Shown: positions 27,998 through 39,244, counted from the stretch's first letter. The stretch is 64,000 bases of DNA from Candidatus Cloacimonadales bacterium (GCA_963677495.2 CAXXOU010000004.1:1312001-1376000); one strand, 5' to 3'. The notes: a model not told the origin generated them from the letters alone. Numbers and translations are program-made.

Positions 27998-30852
27998 TTT
28001 ACCTCCTTCGGTATAGAAAAATAGAATCTTGAGCCTTCTCCAAGTTTACTATGTGCCCAAACATCTCCGTAATGCTTATTTACGATATTCTTAACAATTG
28101 CAAGTCCAACTCCTGTACCCTCAAACTCTGAAGACTTATGCAATCTTTTAAAAACACCGAAGAGTTTATCTTTATATCTTTCATCGAATCCAACACCATT
28201 GTCTTCAATACAAAATTCGTACCTATCAACTAAATCTTTACCTTCAATTTTTATTATTGGTTTATCAACTGGAGCTGAGTACTTGATTGCATTGGATATT
28301 AGGTTTGACCAAACATGTTTAAACAATGCCGCATCACATTGAGTTTCAGGTAGATCATCGATCAATATTGTATATTTATCAATATTCTCATCACTATAAT
28401 TACTGATTAGAACTGATTCAATAATCTGTTTATGATTTGTTTGGTTAAATTTAACTTCTTCACGAGCAATTTGAGTTAACGATAGTAAATCTTTAATCAA
28501 GCAATCCATTTGACTGGAACTACTCTTTATGACATTAAGTAACCGAATTCCCTCCTCATCAAGATTTGTGGAATAGTCATTAATTAAGAATTGAGCAAAG
28601 CCATTTACAGCCCTTAGAGGAGTTCTAAGGTCATGTGCTACTGAATAAGCAAATGCTTCAAGTTCTTGATTAGCTAGCTTTAATTCTTTAGTTCTGTCTT
28701 CAACACGCTGCTCTAATTCATAGTTCAGAGACTGTATTTTTCTTTCAATATCCTTTCTCTGTGTTATGTCCATAGCTGTGAAGGTTATTTCCCCGTCTAT
28801 CTTGTTTAAAACTAGTGGTGTAGAGCTTAAAATAATATCAAGGACTTTTCCATCTTTTCTTATCATGTGAGTTTCAACAGTACCAGTTCCATTTTGTTTA
28901 ATTTGTTCATATTTCTCATTTCCAACAAATTCAAAATCTTCATAAGTCGGATATAAGATAGATGCATTTTTCCCAACCAACTCTTCATTCGTATAGCCTA
29001 ACATTTTACAGAAAGTTGGATTAACACTTTTCAAAATACGATTTTCAACAACACCAATTCCAACCGGAGACGCAGTAAAGATACTTTTCAAATGAGCTTC
29101 ACTATGTTCTAACTCTTTTAAAGCCTCTGCTCTTGTCGTAACATCATCATATAGAGCTACAATCTGGCCTGTTGGTATTTTAAATACTCTATTCTCATAC
29201 CAGTTTGCATAATTGTCATCATTATATACTTTAGCTGGATAAAACTTAGAGATACCGCTTTTAAACACTTCCTTAAATATGGGAATCAATCCAAATTCAT
29301 CAATATTAGGACGAAGTTCTTTCAGAGTTTTCCCCATAACTTCATCAAGAGTTTTTTTCTCAAGTTTAAGACTCATTTCATTAAAATATTCAACGACATA
29401 ATCATCCCCCGAAGAACCATCTCGCAGGACTTTATATATAGCCATTCCACTTGTCATGTTATCAAACAAACCTCTAAGCATTGCTTCTTGAGCTTTAAGT
29501 TCTCTTAGAGCTACCTTCTGAGCTGTAATCTCTGTAATGAATCCTTCGATCTTGAATTCACCGTTGTCTTCCATAAAACTGATCTTTGCATTCATACTCA
29601 GCCAGATTTTTTCTCTAGTTTTTGTGTAAGCTTCAAATTCAAAATGCCTTACTTCACCGACTCTTTTCATTTCCGAGAGAAACTCATCTCTTCTTTGTTT
29701 TTTGACATAAAGATGCTCTGATAGATTTTTAAAATGATCTAATAAATCTTTTTCACTTTCACAATGCATCATCTCAACTAATGCAGCATTTACAGATATG
29801 ACATATCCTTTAGAGCTAGTTTTAAAAATACCTACCGGTGCTTCATTAAAGAGCTTAGTATATGCTCTTTCTACTATACGTTTATTTAACTCAGCTTGAA
29901 TCTCCACTGTCTCGTCTTTGAAAGTACTGTGTGTGTGAGTAAACAGATTATTCTCATCATAAATCTTCCTGGATGAGTACAATACATAACAATATGTTCC
30001 ATTCTTTCTTAACAATCTCAACTTATAACTAACTGCGCTAGTACTATCTGTAATGTTATCTAATTCGCTCAATAGTTTCTTTTGGTCATCTTTGTGAACA
30101 TAATCTAAAAAACTTTTTCCTACTACTTCATTCTCATTGTAACCAAGTGCAGAAAGCCATGAGTGATTAACAGATATTATTTCCAAGTTTGGAGTCAAAG
30201 ACTCATACGCAAATGGAGCATTCCAGAAAAGTGAACGATACTGTTTTTCTTGTGTTTTAACCTGATCTTCTTTATGAGCTCTACTCTTTTGATTTTCAGC
30301 TATTGCTGATAGCAATATTGTTAGAGCAGGGAAAACTATAATTATCGTTAAATAAAGGGTTTTTATGACAGGAATACGTAACTGCTCAGGTAGCAGGAAT
30401 AATAAACCAAGCATTACTATGTGTGTTATCAAACTCACTGCAACAATCTTTATTACAGTATTTGTTAAATCCTTTTTGTTTTTAAAAATCAAGGAAGCAA
30501 TGTAACCAATAGATGCAGGACTAAGGATCATGAGTATACCAACAAATGTCCCAGTGCCACCAATTATTACTCTATATACAATGGTCATTACACAAGCAAT
30601 GATGGTTGGTATTAAGCCAAAATACAATCCTGAAACAGTAAGTAGGATTGTTCGAGTATCAAATCTTACACCTTCTTGATAACTCCAAGGTAATGACATC
30701 AGAGCAATACCAATTATACCTATAATTAAACCACTAACAAATTTTTGGGAAAGCAAAGTAGTTTTTATTCTACCTGCCAGTATATCATATAATAATCCAA
30801 CAGTTAATAACAACGATGCGTTTGCCAATAAGACTGATAGTGATACTTCCAT
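27994..30852 (-). CDS. Sensor histidine kinase: 5TMR-LYT-like membrane domain, multiple PAS domains, HisKA/HATPase
   Basis: RFDTR in the TM region; repeated PAS/PAC segments; AHDLRTPL, NLISNAIKY, DNGVG, GTGVGL motifs. Confidence 0.92.
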   Translation of the reverse strand: MEVSLSVLLANASLLLTVGLLYDILAGRIKTTLLSQKFVSGLIIGIIGIALMSLPWSYQEGVRFDTRTILLTVSGLYFGLIPTIIACVMTIVYRVIIGGTGTFVGILMILSPASIGYIASLIFKNKKDLTNTVIKIVAVSLITHIVMLGLLFLLPEQLRIPVIKTLYLTIIIVFPALTILLSAIAENQKSRAHKEDQVKTQEKQYRSLFWNAPFAYESLTPNLEIISVNHSWLSALGYNENEVVGKSFLDYVHKDDQKKLLSELDNITDSTSAVSYKLRLLRKNGTYCYVLYSSRKIYDENNLFTHTHSTFKDETVEIQAELNKRIVERAYTKLFNEAPVGIFKTSSKGYVISVNAALVEMMHCESEKDLLDHFKNLSEHLYVKKQRRDEFLSEMKRVGEVRHFEFEAYTKTREKIWLSMNAKISFMEDNGEFKIEGFITEITAQKVALRELKAQEAMLRGLFDNMTSGMAIYKVLRDGSSGDDYVVEYFNEMSLKLEKKTLDEVMGKTLKELRPNIDEFGLIPIFKEVFKSGISKFYPAKVYNDDNYANWYENRVFKIPTGQIVALYDDVTTRAEALKELEHSEAHLKSIFTASPVGIGVVENRILKSVNPTFCKMLGYTNEELVGKNASILYPTYEDFEFVGNEKYEQIKQNGTGTVETHMIRKDGKVLDIILSSTPLVLNKIDGEITFTAMDITQRKDIERKIQSLNYELEQRVEDRTKELKLANQELEAFAYSVAHDLRTPLRAVNGFAQFLINDYSTNLDEEGIRLLNVIKSSSSQMDCLIKDLLSLTQIAREEVKFNQTNHKQIIESVLISNYSDENIDKYTILIDDLPETQCDAALFKHVWSNLISNAIKYSAPVDKPIIKIEGKDLVDRYEFCIEDNGVGFDERYKDKLFGVFKRLHKSSEFEGTGVGLAIVKNIVNKHYGDVWAHSKLGEGSRFYFSIPKEVK

Positions 30853-31209
30853 TAGTTTTCCCCATTAATAATCATTATTCATAAAATATTCATAGAAGAA
30901 TAGATAGTCAAGCTTTTGTTATCGATAATTTGCATTTTATTGCACAATCTACTTAAAACACTTTCAAGTAGGTAGGAAATCTGTTTCTTTGTTTGCTCTT
31001 AAAATCCACTATCTTCCGAATCTAAAAACTTTGAATAATCATAATAGTACTATTTTATATTAGCATCTTCATTGTATAATTTACACGTTTTCTTACAATT
31101 TGCACTTCACTTCCATTTGAATCCATCTATTAACTAAGCTTGACTAAGATTAAGAAATATTGATTGACATTACTAAATATATTACTATCCTATAAGTTAG
31201 GGAGGATAT

Positions 31210-34200
31210 ATGAGACTCTTATTAGTTGTTTGTTTATTAAGTTCATTAGCTATACTGAACTCAATTAGTTTTGAGAATAGTATGTTGCAAATCATCGAAG
31301 ATGGTGAATTATCTCGAATTGAAGTAAAAGATGATTTGACGATATATGATTATTCGACTAACTATACCCCGGCTATACCGTTAAAGACCATTCACTTTCT
31401 TATTCCTAATGGGAAGAAGCTTAGCGATGTATCTGTCAAAGTTACTGATTATGAAATAATAGAGCTGGATATACCCTTAATGTGTGCTCCAGAACCAGTT
31501 ATAAACTCCACTAAAAGTATAGATGTTATAAATACTCCTTTCTTGGGTAATACTAATAACATACTGGTTAACTATTTTACAAATCAGGCAGGAGCAAACA
31601 GATTTGGATCTGTTACAGTGACCTCTGCTTTGTATGATTATATTGCTAAAAGGCTGAAAGTTCCCCAAACTTTTGAGGTCGAATACACTTTAGAAAGCAG
31701 TAGCTTTTCTCCTAATCCTCAAACGTTTAGTTCTAATCTAATTGCCCGTGAACTGAAGTTGTCAGATTCAAGAAACGATGAACCTGGGACCATTCTTTAT
31801 ATCGGGACTCAAGCAATTCTAAATGAAATGAGTGATCTCTTTGATTTTAGAAACTCACAAGGTTTTCAAGTTAGATTTGAATCATTAGCTAATATTTTGG
31901 CTATGAGTTCAGGTGTAGATGATGCTGCGAAGTTAAAAGAGTTTATCCGGACTGAATACTTAGTCTACAATATTGATCAAGTTACTCTTTTAGGTGATTA
32001 TGATGTCATCCCATATCGTTGGGTTTGGGCTTTTGATTGCGAATTTGGTATGTCAGATATAGAGAATGAGATTCCTTCTGATATGTATTTTGCATGTCTG
32101 GATAATAGCTGGGATTCTAATGGTAATGGCATATATGGTGAAGATGCTGATAATCCGGATTGGTATCCTGAACTGTTTGTGAGCAGAATTAGTTTTGATG
32201 ATGCAAGTGAAGTACAAGGTTATATTGATAGATTAATCAGCTATGAAAAGGGATTAGAATATCCTGAGCGTGGATACAACTACTCAATCGGACTAAGCAC
32301 AAACCTTTGGGATGATTCAAATAGCGTCATAGCACAAGAATATATTGTTAATCATTACTATCCCCCATATTACAATAGTACTATCTATAATGAGGAGGAG
32401 AATACTATCAATAACTTCTCCAACGAGATAATGCAAAAGCCAAACATAATTCAGCATACCGGACACGCATTCCATTATGTTATGTCACTTTTTGATGAAT
32501 ACCTAACAGTTGGATTCGCAGAAGCATTAAATTTACAAGCGACTACCGGTTCAATGTATTCGATTGGCTGTTGGTCAGGCGCAATAGATTTTGATTCAGT
32601 TGCTGAATCATTTAGTTTGAATGCTCCCGTACTTGGGTTTCTTTGTAATTCACGCTATGGTTGGGGAGCTCCGGCTGCTGATGGTTTTGGTTTCTCAGAA
32701 TATTTCCAAAAGGAGTTCTTTAGGCAGTATTTTGAAAATCCTACATACACTTTAGCTGAGCTCAATGCAGTACAAAAACTCCCTTTCACACCCTATCTGG
32801 GTGGTGATTCAGTTTATAAGTGGGTTGCTTATCAAATGAATGCACTTGGAGATGCTACATATAGACCAATGCGTAACAATCCAAAGCCATTAGAACTCGA
32901 AATTGTTAACGCAGGTGCAGAGGATGTATATTATGTTTCAGTGACTAGTTATGATAATAGTGTGGATAATGTCTTAATTACAGGTTCGAATGGCTATCAA
33001 CAATTTACTAATAGTACTGGGAGCTTAGAAGTTCATGATGCTGATTTACCATTAGTAGCTTATAAATATGGTTATATTTTCGCTGAAAGTTATCTCAATG
33101 AGCATGAATCAGGACTCAGTATTCTAGCTACAGAAGTAGATTGTCTGGATAATCCAAATATTTTTGTCCAGAACTCAAACTATGCAATTGACTTTGTTCT
33201 TCACTCAGAGTTCGCAGAAGCTAAAACATACGGAGTTGAATATGTACCTGATAACCCTGAATTCTTTGGTTTGACAGAGCAATTCGTAAGTGGTGTTATT
33301 CAACCGCAAGAGACGCTTGATATCGATGGATATGGATTCATCTTAGAGCCTGTCCCAGATGCTCCACAACTTGCAAATGGAGTTAGTTTAGGAATGACAA
33401 TCAATGTCTTTGATATATATGATAACACAATACTTGCAAGCAGAAACATACTATTACCTATAAAAGCCCCAAAACCTGTATTACGGTCAATGCTTACTGA
33501 ATCCTTACCTCTCACTTACAATGAAGAATTGACAATGTTTGTAGATTTATTTAATGAAGGTTCTCAAGATATGGAAGTCCCAATTGAAATCGAGCTTTAT
33601 TCAGAGTTGATGAATGAACCTGTTTCGATTACGATAAATAACAACTTAGAGTCATTACATAGTTTAACAACTGAAATCCCTTTTGAAATACTCGGTTCTT
33701 GGAATCAATCTACAGAGTTTTCATTGTCTATTGATTACCAGTTCAATGGGCAGACTATGAGTAGTAGCTATAGAAGTATTTTACCAATACTCTCTGCATC
33801 GGCGAATCCACCTATGTGGTCATGTGATTATGAAGATCCATTTATTTACACTCTCCCCTATCCATGGCAACGTCAGGAGATTGAAAATAATCAAGTTCTC
33901 ACATGTAGACCGGAATATTTAGGTGAATATACATATACCCTTCCACAAATGCTTTGGAACGATGGAATTGTTATGAATTTCGATTATGCTTACAGAATGC
34001 CTATGTATGGAGCTGATGGTATTTCAATCAATGTTAGCAGTGGTATTCACAGTGAAGAGATTTTGTTTATTGGTTCCGGAGGAGCGCTAACTCGAGAAAA
34101 TGGTTATATCTTTTCTGATTGGGCTGAATATAATCTACATTTGAGTGAACTGATTTCATATACAATTACTGAAAATGCTCCTTTCACTATTAGTTTGACC

Positions 34201-34596
34201 TTCAGTGCTGCTGATGGTGAGCTTCAACCTGACTACGAGAATGACAGCAATGTTGGTGTCTTTGTTGACAACTTACACTTTACAATACTACCGGCTACTA
34301 ATTCAGAAGATAACCTCATGCTTAACAAAGTATTAATGGTGGACACATACCCAAATCCTGTTCAAGATATCGTAACATTCAAATTGAATAGAAATGATAA
34401 ATCAGACTTAATTGTAGAAATTTTTAACATCAAAGGCCAGAAAATCTTTAAAAAGTTACTGGACAAAGAAACGAACAAATCAGAAATCCGTATAAATATA
34501 GATGATTTTACTGATAATCTTAGCTCAGGTATCCATTTCTACAAAGTAAGATCAGGTTCTGAGATTGTAACTGGTAAATATCTGTTTATGAAGTAA
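31210..34596 (+). CDS. Secreted C25 (gingipain-like) cysteine peptidase with propeptide and C-terminal sorting domain
   Basis: Signal peptide; LLGD, SDMYFACLD, PELFVSR, HTGHA (His), SIGC (Cys), NSRYGW, NALGD motifs; YPNP...GIHFYKV C-terminus. Confidence 0.85.
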   Translation: MRLLLVVCLLSSLAILNSISFENSMLQIIEDGELSRIEVKDDLTIYDYSTNYTPAIPLKTIHFLIPNGKKLSDVSVKVTDYEIIELDIPLMCAPEPVINSTKSIDVINTPFLGNTNNILVNYFTNQAGANRFGSVTVTSALYDYIAKRLKVPQTFEVEYTLESSSFSPNPQTFSSNLIARELKLSDSRNDEPGTILYIGTQAILNEMSDLFDFRNSQGFQVRFESLANILAMSSGVDDAAKLKEFIRTEYLVYNIDQVTLLGDYDVIPYRWVWAFDCEFGMSDIENEIPSDMYFACLDNSWDSNGNGIYGEDADNPDWYPELFVSRISFDDASEVQGYIDRLISYEKGLEYPERGYNYSIGLSTNLWDDSNSVIAQEYIVNHYYPPYYNSTIYNEEENTINNFSNEIMQKPNIIQHTGHAFHYVMSLFDEYLTVGFAEALNLQATTGSMYSIGCWSGAIDFDSVAESFSLNAPVLGFLCNSRYGWGAPAADGFGFSEYFQKEFFRQYFENPTYTLAELNAVQKLPFTPYLGGDSVYKWVAYQMNALGDATYRPMRNNPKPLELEIVNAGAEDVYYVSVTSYDNSVDNVLITGSNGYQQFTNSTGSLEVHDADLPLVAYKYGYIFAESYLNEHESGLSILATEVDCLDNPNIFVQNSNYAIDFVLHSEFAEAKTYGVEYVPDNPEFFGLTEQFVSGVIQPQETLDIDGYGFILEPVPDAPQLANGVSLGMTINVFDIYDNTILASRNILLPIKAPKPVLRSMLTESLPLTYNEELTMFVDLFNEGSQDMEVPIEIELYSELMNEPVSITINNNLESLHSLTTEIPFEILGSWNQSTEFSLSIDYQFNGQTMSSSYRSILPILSASANPPMWSCDYEDPFIYTLPYPWQRQEIENNQVLTCRPEYLGEYTYTLPQMLWNDGIVMNFDYAYRMPMYGADGISINVSSGIHSEEILFIGSGGALTRENGYIFSDWAEYNLHLSELISYTITENAPFTISLTFSAADGELQPDYENDSNVGVFVDNLHFTILPATNSEDNLMLNKVLMVDTYPNPVQDIVTFKLNRNDKSDLIVEIFNIKGQKIFKKLLDKETNKSEIRINIDDFTDNLSSGIHFYKVRSGSEIVTGKYLFMK

Positions 34597-34723
34597 GATG
34601 AGTAGTAAATAATCAGTGAAAGAGGTTGTTTACTCAATGAAACTAATATAGGAATGCTTCTTGCATTGAGTTGAAGTGAAATTTTAAATTAATATTGCGA
34701 TTAAAAACAATAAGGAGGATATA

Positions 34724-37700
34724 GTGAAAACTAAATTAAGCTTAGTTATACTATTATTCATATCGCTTACAGGTTTATTTGCACAAGTTGATACAGCTTG
34801 GGAAGTAGATACTCCTATTAGACAAGGTGTCAACATCGAGTGGTTCAGATCAGCCACTGCAACCGATGATGGTGCTCTTTATGTATGGTCAGACACCAGA
34901 GATGGTGGTAGAGATTTAAGATGTCAGTTTGTTTCTTCAGATCCAAACGCAACAATCGGAACACCTATTACTGTTGATAATAAGCCTAACAGACAGGAAG
35001 ATCCTGTTGTTGTTAAAGCAACAGATGGTAATTACATCATTGCTTGGGTTGATTTTTCAGCTGATCCTAACGGTGACGTATATGCTCAAAAAATTGATAC
35101 AAACGGAAACTTATTATGGCAAGATGGCGGAGTTCCATTATGTTCAAACAATGAAAACCAGATTTCATTGAACTTAGTACCAGACGATAACGGTGGTGCT
35201 TTCTGTCTTTGGGTAGACAGTAGAAACTTTAACAAAGACCTTTATGCACAGCATGTTCTTAGTGATGGTTCAATCCATGCTAACTGGGATGCTGATGGTA
35301 ATCCTATTGCAAATACTGCTAACAATGAGACTTCAAACTCAATGTGGGAAGATGGTCTTGGTGGCTTTGTTATAGCTTATAACGTTTCTAATCCAGCTCC
35401 TGCCGGTAAAGATATCTATATGAAGAGAATCCTTGGTGACGGAACTTCTGATTGGGGTGATGCAGTAGCATTATGTACTGAAAATGGTGACCAAACAGGT
35501 ATTAAAGTTCGCCCTATGGGTAATGACTCGATGCTTATTTTTTGGTCTGACAAAAGAAACATCGACCCGGATATTTATGCACAAAGAGTTATGTTCGATG
35601 GTACACTTTGGGCTAACGAACTTTTAATCTATGGTGATGCTACTAATGAAACATTCGCTCAGCAGTTTAACCCACGTGGTACAGCAACATCTGACGGTGC
35701 TGTTATTGTTGTTTGGGAAGATTTGAGAAACCAACCGGATTATCCTGACCTTTATGCTCAAAAGATTGATGCAAACGGTAATTTACTTTGGGACGCAAAT
35801 GCTGTAGCAGTTTCTATTGAAGAATATGCTCAGCAAGATCCGCGTATCACTGCTGATAATAACGGTGGTGCTATCATTGTTTGGGATGATACTAGAGATG
35901 GTAACGCTCCAAACTTCGATACTTACGCACAAAGATTAGATGCTAACGGTAACGTACTTCTTGATGCAAATGGTCTTATCATTTGCGATGAACCCGGTGA
36001 GCAGCTTGGTTCAATCATCAAATTCTCAAATGACAATGCTTACATTAACTGGCTCGACGCTCGTAACGGCTCACATGGTATCTATTATCAAGTTCTCGAT
36101 AACACTAACCAGTTAGTTATGGAAGATGGTGGTAAAGAAGTATTTTGGGGCCTCTCAGGTGATGCTCTTAAAGACCAGTTTATAATTGTTGAAAGAGAAA
36201 ACGATATTGTAGCTATCTGGGCTGACACTAGATATGCTAGCTTCGGATATCAGATTTTCTACCAAATCATTAATAGTGATGGTATCCTTGCCACAGAAAC
36301 TGCTGACTTAAACGGTTTCTCATTAACTGAACTTACTTACGGTTCTCAATCTCAGCCTTCTGCTACTGTTACTCCTGACGGACAAGTTTGTGTTGTTTGG
36401 GAAGAACAAAGAACTGCTTATCCTAAAGTTTATGCTCAGCTCATCGATGTTGATGGTAGCAGACTTTGGGGAGATACCGGTATTGAATTGACTGTTAGAA
36501 CTCCTCTCAGTCAGTCAAATCCTAAAGTAGATTTCCATAATGGTGCTTTCTATTTTGCATGGTCAGATCTTGACCCAACTTCACAGATTAACCAGGTTTA
36601 TGCTCAGAAAGTTGTCGATGGTAATATGCAATGGGGCGATGATGGTCTCTTAGTCTCTGTAACACCTGACGGTGAAGACGAAAGAGAAAGTCAGCTTGAA
36701 GAGATGAAAGGTCTTTATTTTGTTTGGACTAAATCACTTCCTACTTGGAATGTTGGACTTAACGTTAAAAGACTTAACGAAGACGGTACTACTGCAACAG
36801 GTTTCGCTGATGAAGGTATTACTATCTCTGATTTTGACGTTTCAGCTAGTTATACAAACCAGACTGCACCTACTGCACAACTTGTTAATGATGACTTATT
36901 GGTTTTCTGGCAAGACTTCAGACACAATTGGGTATCTTTCTACTATGGCATGATGATTGGTGCTGATGGTACTTACACATGGAATAACGACGGAGTTATC
37001 CTTGGTGATAATACTTCTGATACATCTCGTTCACAAGAACAACTTGACTTCGCTGTATCTGATGATGCAATTGTAGCAGCATGGACTGAGAATACTGTTG
37101 GTGTTGGTGACATCTATATGCAACAACTGGACTTTACAGGTGACCTTGCTTGGGCTACTACAGGTTTAGCTTCAATCGTTAAAGACTCAACACAGACTTC
37201 AGCCAGTGTTACTATGTTTGGAAACGAGTACTTCGGTGTTGTATGGGAAGATAATGTTACTTTCGAGTCTGACATCTTCTTCAATCTCTACGACCTGAAT
37301 GGAAACTCAATTATCACAGAAGGTGCTGATGGTTTCATGGTTTCAGATGCAATCAAACGCCAGTATACACCAAAAGTTGGTAATATTCATAATAATGAAG
37401 CTATCACAATCTGGTCAGATGGTCGTTCATCAGGTAAAACTGAGATTGTTGGTCTTTATGCTCAGAAACTTAATTTACCTTCTGTAGGTAACGATGATCA
37501 TACTGCTCCAACTGTAAATACTCTCAAAGTAGCTCAGAACTACCCTAACCCATTCAATCCTACAACTAATATTTCTTTCAATATCCCTAAGGATAGTGAT
37601 GTAGAAGTATCAGTTTATAACGTGTTAGGTCAGAAAGTGAAAACACTTGCAAAAGATAGATTCTCTGCTGGTACTAATACTATTACTTGGAATGGTGATG

Positions 37701-37795
37701 ATGATAATGAGAATGGTGTTGCTTCAGGTATCTATTTCTATAGAGTAGAGACTAAAGACAGTACAGTTACAAAGAAAATGGTAATGATGAAATAA
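34724..37795 (+). CDS. Large secreted repeat (probably beta-propeller) protein with C-terminal sorting domain
   Basis: Many 'W.D.R....DIYAQ(K/R)(I/L)D.NG..LW...G' repeats; NYPNPFNPTT...GIYFYRV C-terminus. Confidence 0.85.
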   Translation: MKTKLSLVILLFISLTGLFAQVDTAWEVDTPIRQGVNIEWFRSATATDDGALYVWSDTRDGGRDLRCQFVSSDPNATIGTPITVDNKPNRQEDPVVVKATDGNYIIAWVDFSADPNGDVYAQKIDTNGNLLWQDGGVPLCSNNENQISLNLVPDDNGGAFCLWVDSRNFNKDLYAQHVLSDGSIHANWDADGNPIANTANNETSNSMWEDGLGGFVIAYNVSNPAPAGKDIYMKRILGDGTSDWGDAVALCTENGDQTGIKVRPMGNDSMLIFWSDKRNIDPDIYAQRVMFDGTLWANELLIYGDATNETFAQQFNPRGTATSDGAVIVVWEDLRNQPDYPDLYAQKIDANGNLLWDANAVAVSIEEYAQQDPRITADNNGGAIIVWDDTRDGNAPNFDTYAQRLDANGNVLLDANGLIICDEPGEQLGSIIKFSNDNAYINWLDARNGSHGIYYQVLDNTNQLVMEDGGKEVFWGLSGDALKDQFIIVERENDIVAIWADTRYASFGYQIFYQIINSDGILATETADLNGFSLTELTYGSQSQPSATVTPDGQVCVVWEEQRTAYPKVYAQLIDVDGSRLWGDTGIELTVRTPLSQSNPKVDFHNGAFYFAWSDLDPTSQINQVYAQKVVDGNMQWGDDGLLVSVTPDGEDERESQLEEMKGLYFVWTKSLPTWNVGLNVKRLNEDGTTATGFADEGITISDFDVSASYTNQTAPTAQLVNDDLLVFWQDFRHNWVSFYYGMMIGADGTYTWNNDGVILGDNTSDTSRSQEQLDFAVSDDAIVAAWTENTVGVGDIYMQQLDFTGDLAWATTGLASIVKDSTQTSASVTMFGNEYFGVVWEDNVTFESDIFFNLYDLNGNSIITEGADGFMVSDAIKRQYTPKVGNIHNNEAITIWSDGRSSGKTEIVGLYAQKLNLPSVGNDDHTAPTVNTLKVAQNYPNPFNPTTNISFNIPKDSDVEVSVYNVLGQKVKTLAKDRFSAGTNTITWNGDDDNENGVASGIYFYRVETKDSTVTKKMVMMK

Positions 37796-37813
37796 TTCAT
37801 TTCATATATATTT

Positions 37814-37844
37814 AGGGGAAGTGTTTATACGCTTCCCCTTTTTT
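37814..37844 (+). terminator. Rho-independent terminator
   Basis: AGGGGAAG...CTTCCCCT stem plus T-tract. Confidence 0.8.
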
Positions 37845-37885
37845 ATACACATTCTAACTTCCTCTTTATTCCCCCTCATGCCTCT

Positions 37886-38009
37886 GCATTAATTCTTGGA
37901 AGTCTCTTGGGTAACCCTTGGTAAACACTTGGCTAATCCTTGGCCTAATTACCAAGAATTACCCAACATATCCCCAAGTTATAACCAATCTGGGATCACT
38001 AATTATTGC
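37886..38009. repeat. 124-bp dispersed intergenic element, copy 3
   Basis: GCATTAAT...ATTATTGC ends; same CTTGG/CCAAG phased core as copies 1 and 2. Confidence 0.8.
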
Positions 38010-38157
38010 TGGAATAAGAAAGAGCAGAGAGAGCCTGAAAAAAGGTTTAAGCATGTGTGAATACTCTACTGTGCATTCAATTACATCTTGAGCCAAGATA
38101 TTCCTTGCATACTTAAATGAATCAAATATATCTGCTAAAAAAGCAAACGGAGTTATT

Positions 38158-39156
38158 ATGAAGAATCTTTATCTACTATTAATCATTACTTTACTATTAT
38201 TAGTCGGTTGTAAAGACCCACAGTTTTCTGATATACAAAAAGTGGATGCTTATGCTCATGAGATCAAGTTGCCACCCCCGTTTTCCAGTCAATTTGCAGA
38301 ATACTCTACAATGTGTTCATTTGGAGATAATTTGATGATAATTCCACAGTATCCTCATCTGCTTGGTGAAGATGGAATTCCCGGAAGAGCATTAGTAATA
38401 AGTAAAAATCTTATTTCAAAGTATGTTGCTGATAAATCAGAGATTCCAATTAATGTAGATGTATATGACTTTATGGGAATTAAAATACTTGAAGAGATAG
38501 AGTTTTATGAAGGTTTTGAAGCTGTTGCAACTGATGGCAAAAATTTCTATTTCGCAATCGAAACAGGTGGAGAACAACCAAGTACATATGCGATTAAAGC
38601 AACTCTTGTTGATGGAGCTAAGAAGCTTGAATTTGAGAAAGATTCATTAACAAAGCTAGAAACCCCAATCACATTGAACAATGCTAGTTATGAATCTTTA
38701 GTTCTTTATAAAAACAGACTTTTTTTTGGATATGAAGGTAATGGTGCAAACATTAATCCTAATCCTTATATGTTATCCACAGATTTAAACTTCAAAAATC
38801 ATAAAAAAGTTAATATGCAGAACTTAGAGTACAGATTAACAGATTTCACATCAGTAAATAGCAAGGGTGAGATATATGCAATCAATTACCATTGGGTTGG
38901 TGATACAAAGAAATATAAACCAATTGATGACCAGATAACCGGTACAGATTACAGTCAAATTGGTTTAGAAAGGTTCATCCCTATGAAGTTTAAATCAGGT
39001 AGATTAGTTCCGGATCCCAAGAGACCATATCTTAGTATTCCATATAAAGGGCGTAACTGGGAAGGAGTTGAATACTTAGATGACGGCATAATTGCTGTAA
39101 CAGATAAACATCCTAATTCTATCCTAATGTATTTTTATGAAGAAAGTGACATGTAG
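38158..39156 (+). CDS. Hypothetical lipoprotein, possibly beta-propeller
   Basis: Lipobox LVGC; repeated GFEA / SYES / NWEG segments. Confidence 0.7.
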   Translation: MKNLYLLLIITLLLLVGCKDPQFSDIQKVDAYAHEIKLPPPFSSQFAEYSTMCSFGDNLMIIPQYPHLLGEDGIPGRALVISKNLISKYVADKSEIPINVDVYDFMGIKILEEIEFYEGFEAVATDGKNFYFAIETGGEQPSTYAIKATLVDGAKKLEFEKDSLTKLETPITLNNASYESLVLYKNRLFFGYEGNGANINPNPYMLSTDLNFKNHKKVNMQNLEYRLTDFTSVNSKGEIYAINYHWVGDTKKYKPIDDQITGTDYSQIGLERFIPMKFKSGRLVPDPKRPYLSIPYKGRNWEGVEYLDDGIIAVTDKHPNSILMYFYEESDM

Positions 39157-39244
39157 GTCATTTAATAGTGGTAAATAATTATTTTCTGGACAAATAAGCG
39201 GTCGAAAAAACTATGGTGGCAAAACGAATACACAGGAGTATTTA

